NCBI RefSeq assembly: GCF_001194135.2
Contig: NC_068984.1
Coordinates: 70,141,333 to 70,205,332, forward strand
Direction: 5' to 3'
From: Octopus bimaculoides
Taxonomy: Eukaryota
DNA: 64,000 nucleotides
Made by a program: the position numbers and the translations under genes. Of this stretch, positions 37,791-51,119 are shown one piece after another; the stretch's first letter is position 1, and every line of letters starts with the position of its first letter. Under the pieces are notes generated by a model that worked only from the letters and a program-made list of their open reading frames with translations, did not search any database and was not told the origin of the DNA.

Positions 37791-38699
37791 ACTACCATGA
37801 GAGCTTTACGCAACCAGAAAGATTGATCTTAACACTTCTGTTGTGGAGTATAGGTTTTACTGATACACACACATTCATGCATGCGCACGCATATACACAC
37901 ATATATTTGTTATATATACATAAACACATACACACACACATACATACACACACACACACACTCACACACACACACACATATAGGGGCATGAAAACAGAGT
38001 TTGATAACTTTTGAGAATTGATAACGAGAACTTGCATACAGTAAGTCTAACATTTTTTTGTTTAAGATTGTGATAGACTGTACTAAAGTTATAGAATTGC
38101 TTCCATGATGTAATCACTGAAATAAGTCATACCAGGCATTGTACACATGACATCATTGCTGATATGCAAAGTGAACAGTCAACTGTACTCTAAACGTAAG
38201 GCTAGAGATGTTTTAGAGATGATTGCGATGACACCCACATTTTTGTAGCTGGTTTAGAATCTGGTGCAGCAAATCAATCCATCAATGTTTCTTGTCTTGC
38301 AAAAATCCGTGGTGTGAACATATGAAAAATGGATTGAGCCATTAATAATAGCTTAGTTATGAAGTCATTCACTTACAGGTCTCAGAGCATTCTCAGGGCT
38401 TTTGTTAAGCTATCAAAGCTGAGACAGCTTTAAAATAATTCCACTTCCTACGGTATGTGAGAAATAAAATGAGAATTTTATTTCACAACTATCGGAGTGT
38501 GAAGTGCTCCTCACAGCTGCAGATTCATGAGATGGTTGTGATTTATAAACAGTTTTGAGTAGGAACCAGTAAGAGAAGTACAAACATGTAATGTGCATGT
38601 CTACACTGGATTTGCAAAATGGGAGAAGAATAAAAACACAAGGCACATGTCAAACGAGTTATACAACATGTAGTTTTGAAGTAATTTTCTTGTTTTTAG

Positions 38700-39260
38700 C
38701 AAAAAGAAATTTGCAGTTTACTAAATCATCAAAATGTCACAACTTCAGGGTTTTAGATGTTGAACCTTTAAGAGTTCCTGCTGTTAAATAAATGCAAAAA
38801 CACTACCTCCTTTAAGATGCCTGGAGCCAGTGCAAGTGGAAAATTTGTTAAGCAAACTTATTTCATTGAAGTAGGTCATCATGAAGTATTTGAAGATTCT
38901 TGATAAAGTCATGATGTTGTGGATCACTAAACATTATTATCTAAATGATGTAATTGGCACCTAAGTCTCTGCACCAACATATCAGCCAAAGTAAATGCAA
39001 GATTATTTGATGAGAAAAATCTTTCCTTGTTTGTCTACAAAGAATCTTGGACTTCTAGCTCACCAAATGAAAATTCATGTAACTTTTGTATGTGGGTCCT
39101 CTTTGAAGACAAGTCTGACACAACACAGCATTACCAGCATCACTACATTCATGTAATTCAGAAGGCATTCAGGTTTATCAATGTAGATAACACAAAAAAA
39201 AGCATGTTTACACTTCCACATCTGTATTTAAAGTTATAACTGTTAATGGAGAGCGTTTTG
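38700..39260 (+). mobile_element. Decayed Tc1/mariner (maT/DD37D-like) transposase relic
   Basis: VSAPTYQPK (DSAPxH equivalent) and KESWTSSSPNENSCNFCMWVLFE (WPxSSPDLNPLDYxxWxxLE equivalent). Confidence 0.7.
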
Positions 39261-39407
39261 AGTAATATCTTTTCCTGTTTTTGTTAAATAAACATACCAA
39301 GTTCCATTTTTTTTTCAATTTTTTTCATTTTTGTGGGTAACAGGCTTTTAAACTTCTCAACACAGACACTCAACTTAGGTAAATATCCTTGTTTGCATAA
39401 ATGTGTA

Positions 39408-39623
39408 CATGGAGATGCTGAAAAGTTCTTGGCTTTGGGTAAGAGAAAATACAGGAGGATCAGTTAACTATGATTTTATACAATATATTCCCCTTTCATA
39501 TTCACACACTTATTGCAGCAGTCTTTCAGCTTCTCTAAGCCATGTAAAGAATTCGGAAGGTGGAGCCTCCAACCTGATTTTTTGCCATACCCTTAAAGCC
39601 AAAAACTTTTCGGCATCCTCTTG
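39408..39623. mobile_element. Mariner-type MITE, 216 bp, TA TSD
   Basis: TIR catggagatgctgaaaagttcttggcttt versus reverse complement caagaggatgccgaaaagtttttggcttt; TA at 39406-39407 and 39624-39625. Confidence 0.88.
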
Positions 39624-39689
39624 TACACACACACACACACATATATATACATAGAAATGTATTCATACACACATATATGTATATATATA

Positions 39690-40330
39690 CAACAGTTTCT
39701 TACAATATATTGTTGATGAAAAGGAAAATATGTTATGTTGTAGATTAGTAATTTCTTTTGTTTTCATTAAGAGATAAAATCAGCCACAATGGATTGACAG
39801 AGATACAAACAAGAAAGTTTCATTCCAAAGCATTGGAAAACAAGAGCTGAGTTTATATAGAATGATTACTAAAGAAATTAATTAAACAGCAAAGGTTTCA
39901 AACAATGGAATCTAATACATTCAAGCAACAGTGTGTGTATGCAACTGCATGAGTGTCTGTTTGTTGCCTCAAGGAGAGAGAGGGTGGAAGAAGGGAGAAA
40001 GAGGGAGAAATAAAGAGAGAAAAAAGTGAAAGAAGAAATATGTTTCAAGGTTTGATTACAAGTGCTGGTCAGAGGCTAGCAACTCTGTGGTTGTGTGGCT
40101 ATTGTTTTCCAAAAAAGAGGTTCATGAGTTCATTGAAGGATGCTGCTTAGAAGTTGGAGGCCAGCAAATCATTATTTTGGTGGGAAGGAATGGAGAAGGG
40201 GAGGGTTGACTAGTCATGTGACTATAAGGCAATGTTTTCTGGAGATAAGAATATATGTCGATAGTAAATGGCTCCTAGACTAAGATTTAGTGAATCAAAA
40301 TATTTACAAAGTTTTTTGGGTAATTTTTGC
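39690..40330 (-). mobile_element. Possible Penelope-like element 3' relic
   Basis: Minus strand ends in gaaactgttgta after a CT-rich stretch; no clean protein motif recovered. Confidence 0.3.
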
Positions 40331-40714
40331 AGCCAAACTATTTTCAAGAAAATATAATGACAGCCAAAAGTTGCGAAGTGGCTGAACAAAACAAAACTGA
40401 ATGCAAGTCAGTATTTTCATATATGGGCATATATGAGTGTTTATGTGCGTATAGGGTGAGAGGCAGATAAAAGCATTTATGAAAAGACAGCAATAGAAGA
40501 ATACACGAATGCATACATACACAAATGCATACATAGCATTATTACATATATGCATACACACGTGCATAAGATTGTGGTTTTAAACAGAAAACTCTCTTAA
40601 CAAATGAATGATTGCACTTAGAAAGTCGATAGTCAAATACTTGTCCGGTTATCCTAATGCATATTTTAGGTTCATCTCTGTGGTTTATTTCTGTTGTAGT
40701 GTTGTTGTATACGA

Positions 40715-41084
40715 TTATTACTTCTGCCTTCACTAAGGCGAAGGTATTGCTTACAATTGTGTTTGTTTGTCTTTGGACAAGATATCTCAAGAACCACTGG
40801 ATGGATTTAGATGAAACTTTCTGGGATGTTTTGCCTTGCAACTGGTATGAACCTATTAGATTTTGGGATCAATCTAGTGCCAGACAAGGATTCTAGATAA
40901 TTTTTTCTGGATTATTTTTAAATTTTATTCTTGAGAGCAGTTGGGTTCATTTTTAGTATTCTTATTTGTGAGAGCAGTCGAGTTTATATCAGATATTTGC
41001 ATTTTAAAAATCATCTCTGGCTAATCATTGAGTGTATGTTGATGTTGCTTTGGCAGAGGTTTGCACTCTCTGAGTGCTCTTGTT
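40715..41084 (+). mobile_element. Helentron-associated non-autonomous element (HINE/DINE-1-like)
   Basis: 5' ttattacttctgccttcactaaggcgaagg hairpin, tgtttgtttgtct microsatellite, 3' subterminal inverted repeat ttggcagagg (41050-41059) and stem-loop gcactc-tct-gagtgc (41063-41077). Confidence 0.82.
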
Positions 41085-41089
41085 ATCAT

Positions 41090-41660
41090 TATTATTATTT
41101 TCATATTCACTCAACAGATTAGACTATTGGGAAAGAAAAGAATCCTAGCATCAGACTACAAGTAGTCTTACATGTCAATGATCCTCCTATTGGGTTACAG
41201 CAAGTAACCTTAGATGCCAAGAACGCTCCAAAGTATCTTAGCTGTCCCCAATAACATTGTTTTCTGGAGCTGTACTAAATTGGGTTTTATGCCTATTTCC
41301 CCCATCCATCTGTTCAGATCTTTAGGGATAATTCCTAATGCACCTATAAAACCTGGAATACATTTAGCCAGCACTTTCCTTAGACTCTGTAATTCAATAG
41401 CTAGGTCCTGGTGCTTTGCAACTTTTTCTCTATCTCTCATATTAATTTTTTCAGCATTTGAGACTGTAAAGTCAATAATCTGGCACTTTCTCTCCACTTT
41501 ATCTACTACTACCAAATCAGGCCTTCAAGCTTCTGTTACTCGGTCAGTCTGAATGTTAAAGTCCCACAACATCATGTATTTCTTACTTTCTAGTATTTTA
41601 CTTGGTTCATGTTCATACCATTTATCAGCATGCTCAAATCCTAGCTTTCTACATAACTCC
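41090..41660 (-). mobile_element. R4/Dong-like RLE LINE 3' end
   Basis: RPDLVVVDKVERKCQIIDFTV...KHQDLAIELQSL...IGALGIIPKDL...QKTMLLGTAKIL; (AAT)n tail near 41086-41100. Confidence 0.9.
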
Positions 41661-41664
41661 CAGC

Positions 41665-42260
41665 AGATACTCTCCTTATCAACTGGATAAGGTCAAGCAA
41701 CAGACAAGCAAATCTGTGGTACTGAGAAGAGTATTTGTTGTGGGAAGGTCTCATTAATAAGGCTGAGAATGTGGTCAATGGTAAATTTCACGAAAGAAAT
41801 GGCAGTGGATCAGAAAGGTAGTAAGTAGCAGTATAGAAAGGGTGTAGAGCAGCAGTATAGAAAGGGTGTAGAGCAGCAGTATATAAATATATAAGTAGAT
41901 GAGATATAGAGAGATGTCAAGAGTGGAATGTGTGTGAAAAGGATGCACAATGCTTTAGATGGAGGTCAGAGGTATGTAGGGTGGATATAGTGACTGGCAA
42001 AACAAAGGTGAGTGTATCAATGGCAACTCCCTCTCATATCTGCGTGTTGAGTGATAGAAGATATAAGAGGGTGTTGTGGGTGCGGTATAGAAGTCATAAG
42101 AATAAAAGGGTGTTCTGTGGAAATATGGTGGGAAGGGGTGATATTGAGAATGAGGGATGGGTAATAGAGGGTGTGGTTGGTTCTAAGGAATGGAATAACT
42201 GGTAGTGCAAAAAGAGATGAAATGTGTACAGTTCTGCTCTCATATAGTTACACCAACTGA
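41665..42260 (-). mobile_element. Decayed APE-type LINE relic
   Basis: Minus-strand EGVAIDT resembles the APE GGVAIY motif; otherwise degenerate. Confidence 0.4.
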
Positions 42261-43523
42261 CTGAACAGTGCAGCAGTTAAAAGAGTGAGGAAGGGAAAGT
42301 TAAGGTGTGGGGAAAGCTTGAAAGGGACAAATTCATTTGCATACCATTGTGTAGCTTGAGATAATAATAGAAGACATATGTCCAAGTTACAGAGTAGTCA
42401 GATTGAACCTGAAAACCATATAATCATAAAATCAAACATCTTAATCACACTGTCAGCCTTAATATGTGCATTTCTTTGAAAAGATAATTTTAAAAGTGGA
42501 GGTAGACTGTGAAATCTTCCAGGCTATGCTAAGCATATACCATTAGTTAATGAACTTGTGCTTTTTGTCTTTCATTATCAATCTAGCCAATGTAGCAATC
42601 ACCATTGTTACTCAGTTCTAAAATACTTGTCTGCAGAAATCAGATGGCAAAAGTATTAATAGTAAAAGCTAAACCTCCACAGAGACTGTTTTCTCTGTTA
42701 TAATAAGAACCAAAGCAAAAAAATAAGTAAAAAAAAAATAAAAAATCACATAGTAATAAAATATTGATAGCAATTATTACAGCTGAAAATTTAGTCATGA
42801 TTTTCCACCTATTGCTTCTTTAAAATATTTCCTTATTCAGCTCAGTATGTGTAAATATTTGTCATGATATTCCCAGCAGCTATTTGACTGTCTGTTAACA
42901 TTGTTATAAGTTGTTAGATATCTAATGTAAACCAATTTATCCAGAGCCAGATATGAAGTTGAGTTTATAAGTAATCCTCAAGCAATGAATCAACTAAGAC
43001 ACACATTGATATATATATGGTACAATAATTCTGTAAGCTGTTATTGTAGTTTAACCTTAAGTCAGGTCATGTTAGAATAGGCCTGTAATGAAGGGCATTC
43101 CATTAATTTGTCTAACATGTTTTTACTCTTTTAAGATGGCAGCATGTGCTTTGAGAGAATTCTGCTGCCATTTCATGCAGCTTGAGTTCGTCTTTTTTCA
43201 AATTGTTGTTTAGTTAGGCGCTTTTTCATTTGATCATTACAAAGATAATTTATTGAACTGTAAATTGACTATACAATAATGATTTCTAACATTGGTACTA
43301 TCGACTCCAGTTCTTGACTGGCCCTTGATTTTATCATCCCAGAAGAAATAAAGGTTAAGCTGAAATTCATAACATTTAAGCAAAGAATTTAAAGAATCTT
43401 AAACTAAATTAGGTAAGATATTTTGTTCAGCACTCACTTGTTTTTATCAATTCACTAATCTTTAAAATAACATAAAAAAGCTGCATTGTTGGTATTGCTT
43501 TTGTTGTTACTGTTGTTGTTGTT

Positions 43524-43725
43524 AAGGTGGTGAGCTGGCAGAATTGTTAGCAAGCTGAGTAAAATGCGTCATGGTGTTTCATCTGTCTAAACATTCTGAG
43601 TTCAAATTCCAATGAGGTCAACTTTGCTTTTCATTTTTATCAGTTGAGCACTGGGGCTGATGTAATTAACTTACCACTTTCCCTGAAAATTGCTGGCTTT
43701 ATGCCAAAATTTGAAACCATTATTA

Positions 43726-43790
<65 letters not shown>
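43524..43790 (+). mobile_element. SINE (ggcggtgagctggc family) with (ATT)n tail
   Basis: aaggtggtgagctggcagaattgttagc head, ttctgagttcaaattcc B box, long (ATT)n. Confidence 0.88.
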
Positions 43791-43792
<2 letters not shown>

Positions 43793-43981
43793 GTTTGACT
43801 TTGCTTTATACTTGTATAAGTTGATTCCAAGTCTCACCCAGAGACCTCAAGAGACAACAAATCAGAAGTTCAAGTTGATGTTATGCCTAAGGTGTCATAT
43901 ATTTAGTTTTGCACATAGTATTGTTCTAGAGAATGTTTAAGAAAACCCTTTAAGAAAACAGAAGAAAATTTGTTCTAGTGA

Positions 43982-44180
43982 ATTCTTTTATTTGTTTCAG
44001 TCATTTGACTGTGGCCATGCTGGAGCACCACCTTATTCTTTGTAAGCCTAGTACTTATTCTATTCATCTCTTTTGCTGAACTGCTAAATGACAGGGACGT
44101 AAACACACCAACATCGGTTGTCAAGCGATGGTGGAGGTACAAATGCAGATACAAATAACAAACACACACATACATATATG

Positions 44181-44253
<73 letters not shown>

Positions 44254-44416
44254 GAAGGGCTTCTTTCAGTTTCCATCTACCAAATCCACTCACAAGGCTT
44301 TTGGGCGACGTGAGGCTATAGTAGAAGACACTTGCCCAAAGTGCCATGCAATGGGACTGAACCCGGAACTATGTGGTTAGTAAGCAAGCGTCTTATCACA
44401 CAGCCACTCATGTGCC
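43982..44416 (-). mobile_element. OK-like SINE
   Basis: Reverse complement of the family at 61868. Confidence 0.92.
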
Positions 44417-44444
44417 TATGTTTAAGAAAATTCTTCTTCTTCTT

Positions 44445-44469
<25 letters not shown>

Positions 44470-44511
<42 letters not shown>

Positions 44512-44548
44512 GCAATATTATTATTACCATCATCATAATCATCATCAT

Positions 44549-44586
<38 letters not shown>

Positions 44587-45297
44587 TATTATCCTATTTG
44601 TCATTTATGGCTTCTGTTCATTATGACTTTATTTCAGCTGCCTTAGTACTAGGCATCCTCCAGAGGCCAAGAGTAACAAGTGTACTTTTGTTTTGTTATG
44701 CATGCTAAAATTATCACCCAATTTACTCCATTTTAGATGGAGAGTGCTTTCCGTAGTATATGGGCTGTACCCATCAAGGTTATCTTTTGTAGTTCATAGA
44801 GATTGGAGTTACCAGGGAGTTGCTTAATATACTTCTCAGCTCTCTTCTTTATCATTCCCAATGCACTAGTTACTACAGGTATTATCGTAGTACTAAGCTT
44901 CCACAGTTTTGTAGTTTCAGTTTGCAGATCAGTGAGAAATCTTTTCGTATTCCTTTCTTGAGACATTTTGATCTTGTGGGACAGACATATCTATTAACAG
45001 ACAAGTTCCTCTGTTGTAGTCCTTGATCCCACTGTCTGGTAGATTGGAGTCAAATTTTCTGTCTGTTTGTGTCGGGAAGTGCCAAAGGATGGTGATACCC
45101 TCACCATTTACTACATCCTCTGGATGGTGCTTGTACCACTTACCATGGGATTTAATTTCGCAGTAGTTACAAGCATTCCATGGGATGTACTGCCCTAGTC
45201 TGTCATGTCTTATGAGTTACTTCTTTTCAGTGAGGACTGGGCAGCCAGAAACAACATGATCAATTGTTTCTGTGAATTTTCTGCAAATTCTGCAAGA
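44470..45297 (-). mobile_element. R4/Dong-like RLE LINE 3' portion (CCHC knuckle plus endonuclease) with microsatellite tail
   Basis: CRICRKFTETIDHVVSGCP..., CLLIDMSVPQDQNV, IIPVVTSALGMIKK...LQKITLMGTAHILRKALSI; (GAT)n/(AAT)n tail. Confidence 0.92.
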
Positions 45298-45470
45298 GAG
45301 ATCAGATCCATCTTTCAGGACGTTTGTATGGTAATTTCTGGTAGGTAAGCTCTGATCTTGCACTGCAATAACAAAACCTTCTGTTTCCATTTTCAGACCT
45401 GTCGCTTGTAGCCATTAGTGTGTAAATTTTGATCAAAATTATCATCATCATCATCATCATCATCATTGCA

Positions 45471-45495
45471 ACTACTACTACTACTACTACTACTG

Positions 45496-45549
<54 letters not shown>

Positions 45550-45580
45550 ATACTACTACTACTACTACCACCACTACTAT
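45471..45580. repeat. (CTA)n microsatellite
   Basis: Directly visible. Confidence 0.97.
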
Positions 45581-46224
45581 TAGTACACTGGACAAAATAT
45601 TCAGTGGCTTATTGTCTCCCTTTATGTACTGAATTCAAATTCCACTGAGGTCAGTTTTGTCTTTCATTGACTTTTTTTCTCTTTTCAAACACTATTGGTC
45701 CTGTGCCAAAATTTGGAACCATTTGTTGTTGTTTTGGTATTGGTATTAGTAGAATGCCCTTCTAAGTCACTCATAAGCTTTGTATATGTTAACTGAGATT
45801 TAATGATCCATGATTTGAAAGTTTTGCTTTGTGCTGTTAGGAAGATAACTAGGATCATGAAGGGTTGGTTAATTCTTTATTTTTACCATTAGGTGATGAA
45901 GTTTGAAGATCTTTTTGGAATTTATCCATTGTTTAAAAAGAAAAACATGGAATCAAAATTTTCATCAGGAAGTTAGAGAGAGTTAAACACAAGCTGCTAC
46001 TTCCCACATCTTAAATGAAAAGACCTCTACTAATGTTCACAGGAGCAGCATCAACAACGACAATGGGAACCTAAATGGAAGGACTGACAGTGACACTAGC
46101 ACCACCACTTCCACCACCAGCAAAGGCAAAATTGCAATAAACCAATAAAGGTAAGGATAACAAAAGTAAAGAAACAGCATTGAAAATGAGGATGATAAAA
46201 TATAAAATTTAGCAACAGCAACAA

Positions 46225-46450
46225 TACACCATATGTATGTGTGTTTGTGTGTCTGTGTTTGCCCCCACCACCATTGCTTAACAACCGATGCTGGTGTGTT
46301 TACGTCCCCGTAACTTAGTGGTTCGGCAAAAAGAGACCGATAGAATAAGTACTAGGCTTATAAAGAATAAGTCCTTGGGTCGATTTTCGTGACTAAAGGC
46401 AGTGCTCCAGCATGGCTGCAGTCAAATGACTGAAACAAGTAAAGGAGTAA
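46225..46450 (+). mobile_element. OK-like SINE 3' half
   Basis: acaaccgatgctggtgtgtttacgtccccgtaacttag...gctccagcatggctgcagtcaaatgactgaaac. Confidence 0.9.
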
Positions 46451-46459
46451 ATGTGAAAG

Positions 46460-47270
46460 CATATGAAATGCTTGGACAGCAGAATGTGTCTTTTCTGCAA
46501 TTTTCTTTATTCCATAGTAATATTGAGGCAGACAGTATGATGCCTGTGTATGTACTGCTATGCCACATGGCAATGAAACATTAGCTTTGACAACAGAGGA
46601 CTTACAAAGGCTTGAAAGAAATGAAGCTAGCATTCTCTGCTTGATGGATAATGTCAGTGAGCACACAAGACAAAATGTAAACCATTTAAGAGGTAAACTG
46701 TGCATAAGAGGCATCAGATGTTGTAAGAGAGAGGACTGCTCTGGTTTGGTCACATGATGTATAAGGACAGCTGCATAAAAAAGTGCTGATTCCTTTTTGT
46801 AGAGGAAACGTATGAAAGATTTATTGTGGAGAAAATCTGTGATAGATTCAGGATGATGTGGGATGAAGTGATGAGAAAGGATCTTCAGATTCTGGGCCTC
46901 ACTGAGGAAATAACTAGCAACTGGGAGTTGCGGTAATTTGCTGTACTTGAGAAGACACATTGACTCAGGTAAAATCACTGCCATCCATACATACAGGCTT
47001 GTCCTTTATAGATACCTGAGCCACATAAAATGCACTTGTGCTGGTGCTGCACAGATGCACCTGTGCCAGTGGCACGTAAAATGCACCCAGCACACTCTGT
47101 AAAGTGGTTGGCATTAGGAAGGGCATCCAACCAGAGAAATAATGACACAACAACTGAAGTCAGGACTGATAATTAAAGTCAGGACAGGTCCCCAACTGGC
47201 CAATTCCTGTCAAACCATCCAACCCATGCCAGCATGGGAAAAGGACATTAAAAGATGATGATGATGATTA
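46460..47270 (+). mobile_element. RTE-group LINE 3' relic with (GAT)n tail
   Basis: HGNETLALTTEDLQRLERNEASIL; 3' UTR and tail as in other copies. Confidence 0.9.
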
Positions 47271-49104
47271 AATGTACTCCTCACACTGAACTGTTTAATA
47301 CAATTTAATTATGGAAAACTGAAAACTTCTAGGTAAAGTGAAAACAAGTTGTTAAATTATATGTTATAGTGTGTAAAATGAAAAATTATTATGAGAACAA
47401 TAAATAAAAATTATATGAAATTACAATAAATGAAAATTACGCCACTATTTATCTTTGATAAGTGTCCAGTATAAACAATATTTTCAGTGAAATGACTTTC
47501 TGTTTTTTTTTTTTTATGAGTCTGAATGCCAACCATTCTATTATTCTATTCTATATAATATCATATTCCTTTAATGTTGTAATTTAACTGTTGATACACA
47601 CACACACACACACACACATACACACGCACGCGCACACACATGTATGCATATGTTTGTAGATATGACTGTGAGTGTATGAGTGTGTGTGTCAGAGTATGTA
47701 TGTGTGTGTGATTGTGAGTATATATATATATATATACAAACACATATATCTATATCTATATATCTATCTATCTATATATGAATATATATATGCATATATA
47801 TCATATATATATACACACATACATATATATATATACACACACACACGCATGCATATATATATATATATATATATATCATATATATATNNNNNNNNNNNNN
47901 NNNNNNNNNNNNNNNNNNNNNNNNNNNNNNNNNNNNNNNNNNNNNNNNNNNNNNNNNNNNNNNNNNNNNNNNNNNNNNNNNNNNNNNNNNNNNNNNNNNN
48001 NNNNNNNNNNNNNNNNNNNNNNNNNNNNNNNNNNNNNNNNNNNNNNNNNNNNNAAAGAAAAGAAATTAATAATAATTTTTCATTTTTTACCATGTATAGT
48101 AGTGTATAGTATCAAATTATATACTTTTATTCTAACAAAGATAACATGACACTTTCACTTTGCCAAGAAGCCTTCACTTCTTCAATTTATGGAGATGAGA
48201 GATTTTAGTGAGTCTGTATTTTTAGTGTGTCTTTAGTTATGTTTAAGCCTCTTTTTCATTTAAAGATATATATATTTCATTAACTAACCTTACCAAATGC
48301 CAATAAATTCATTAGAGCTTTATTTCAGTTGCCTATACCTTAAATTCTTCCCATTATGTAATATTATTATTAATATTTTTTTTATTTTTTGTATTGCTAC
48401 ATTTGAAAGAGCAAGGATTTGGATTTGCTAATGTCACATTTCTGATAGTAAAGTGTCTTAATTCTTTCACTATCTCTGTTCTTTCATTGACTCTATTTCT
48501 AATGACTAGACAGTATATATGTTTCAATTAATTTTAAATATAATAATGATTTCGGTAAAGTTTAGCAAAGTATCTGCAACTTTCTATGAGCTTTCCTTGG
48601 ACTATCTGTAACTTTATATGAGCTTTTCTTGGACTATTTTCGTTCTCTGAAACGTTCCTCTCTCTTCTTTCTGACAAAGAGCCATGCTCGAAACATTATA
48701 CACCCACTCTTTTTTCCTGTCTTATATTGAGCATCACCCTAATACATTCTATGTGTATGCTTTTTTGACTTTTGTTGTCTTGTTATTTTTATTACTGATT
48801 TGCCTGGCTCCTGTGCAGGTAGCATGTAAAAAACACCATTTGAGCGTGGCCATAGCCAGTATCACCTGACTGACCCTCATGCATGTAGCACGAAAAGCAG
48901 CCACTACACTCAGTCCTCAGTCAAATTCTCCAACCCGTGCTAGCATGGAAAGCGGATGTTAAACAATGATGCTGATGATGATGATGATGATATATATATA
49001 TATATATATACATGCATACATATATACATACATTCATATATATATATACAAGTGTGTTCATGCAGCACCTGCATGGATGCATTTCATGTGGCACTGGCAC
49101 CTGA

Positions 49105-49384
49105 AAAAACAAGCCTGTATGTGCAGAAGACTGATTTTACCCAGCTTCACACTCCTTATCAAGTGCAGCAAATCATCACATCTCTCAGTACCTTGTCATT
49201 TCCTCAGTGAGGCCCAGTATCCGAAAATCCTTTCTTACCACTTCATCTCACGTCTTCCTGAGTCAACCTCTTCCACGGGTACCCTTTACAATTAGAGCTC
49301 AGCACTTCTTTACATAGCTGTTCTCATCCATACACATCACATGACCAAGCCAGTGCAGTCTTCTCTCTTGCACACATCTGATGC

Positions 49385-49388
<4 letters not shown>
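49105..49388 (-). mobile_element. RTE-group LINE fragment, minus strand
   Basis: Reverse complement of the caagagagaagactgcactgg...gatgaagtg region. Confidence 0.85.
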
Positions 49389-49430
<42 letters not shown>

Positions 49431-49578
49431 NNNNNNNNNNNNNNNNNNNNNNNNNNNNNNNNNNNNNNNNNNNNNNNNNNNNNNNNNNNNNNNNNNNNNN
49501 NNNNNNNNNNNNNNNNNNNNTATCAGTCATCAGTCATCAGGGAAAGAGAGAGAGAGAAACTCACACACACACAAACAC

Positions 49579-49613
<35 letters not shown>

Positions 49614-51119
49614 CACACATGCACAACCGGTTCCTTTCATATTCCATCAATCAAATTCATTCACAAGGCTTTGGTAGGCCCAAGAGGCTGTAGTAGAAGA
49701 CATTTGCCTAAGGTGCTATACAGTGTGACTGAAACTGGAACCATGTGTTTAGGAAACGAACTTCTTACAACAAAGCCACACTATTTCATGCCCAACAGAA
49801 ACCTCACTACATCTTACTTGATATAACATGATGTTCATTGAGAATTTAATTAAAATATAATAGAGCCTTTTAGTTTGTAGCAGGGTTCTCAGGTAAGTTA
49901 ATGTTAATTCTTATCCTGGCAGTTATATTATAATTACAGTTCAGTCTCATAGCATGAATCAGATCTTTTTAATATTCTTTTTTCTTATATTGTAAAATTG
50001 GAAAGCAAAATTTTACTTGACAAAGATTTAAATTTTGATATTGGAAGGAGAATTTAAGATAAGCACCTTAAAGCTTTTACTCTTCTGCTGTGTCATATCT
50101 GACAATTTTATCATCCTTTTCTTCATTTAATATTGAATGCCTTTCAATCCAACAGTGTTCTTGCATGAATAAATTAATAACCCAATGTAATTAACTTCTG
50201 CTTGTGAACAAAATGTTTGCATGTTCTTGCCACTGTTAATTCCTAGCATGTCTCTGTGATAATGAATCATTTTTGCCAGCTACATTGTGACTTAACTAAC
50301 CATATAACCTTTACCTAATCACCAATATGATTTTCCTCTCTAATCTTCAAGTTGAATGGCTGCCAGTTCTGAACTTTGCATTGTTGCAAAATTGTTATTG
50401 ATTTCAAAGAGAGAGATATTTATGATTTTTCTTGTAAATTCACTGAAAGTTACTGCTTCTTCAGTTGTTTCATATCTTGCAGAAATAATAATAAATTGTA
50501 TTTAATTAATAAACTCTGAAGTAGATAATGCTATGGCGATAAAGAAAACAAATTAATTTTAATCACTGAGTCAATTAACATTTTAGCCAGTTGGGGCACT
50601 GATATTTGACCCAATGCTTATTAAAGGTTTATTATTTGGAAATAGTATGCTTGTTTTGAAATACGGCTTTGGAAGTTGGGAAATTCATTAAAGGGAAATT
50701 TAATTCAGAATTTTTATCACATTTAATACCATGCAGCTCAGTGAAATCACTTGATTCTCTGTTGCACACAAGAAATTTAATACAGAGTGAAATTGGGTGT
50801 GTTCTGGTTTTAGAAGATATACATAATGCCTTTGTGTGAGATAACAACAAAATTTGGAGACAGGAGAAGTAAAACAGCCTGCTCTTAAACACAACCTCAG
50901 TAAAGCCATCCAACCTATTCTGACATAGAAGGAAACATAAAATGCTGACATTAACAAGGATAACATTGGGTAATGTCAAAAACATGGTTCAAAAGCTATG
51001 TATTGTAACTCAAATATGTATGAGGCAAAATATATCCTCATTCAAGAGATAAAATAACCAAAGATGAATAAATACACAGTAAGGTATGTTACAAATCTGG
51101 GCATGCTGTTGTATAACTT

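Noticed and set aside
38379-38452. Segment with good splice signals on both strands
   Set aside because: Stop codons in all three frames on each strand; at most a non-coding exon, unsupported.
41830-41885. 24-bp tandem duplication (similar small duplications at 822-855, 5178-5222, 48586-48636)
   Set aside because: Ordinary local slippage duplications.
45893-46150. Acceptor plus VMKFEDLFGIYP... and N/S/T-rich frame before aag|gtaagg
   Set aside because: Frames close with stops before the donor and no protein family was recognised.
46358-46984. 208-aa minus-strand ORF
   Set aside because: Antisense read-through of a decayed plus-strand RTE and SINE tail.
50330-50985. Protein-like frames on both strands (117-aa ORF; CVLVLEDIHNAF; RYETTEEAVTF...)
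   Set aside because: No consistent splice structure or recognisable domain; Walker-B resemblance too short.
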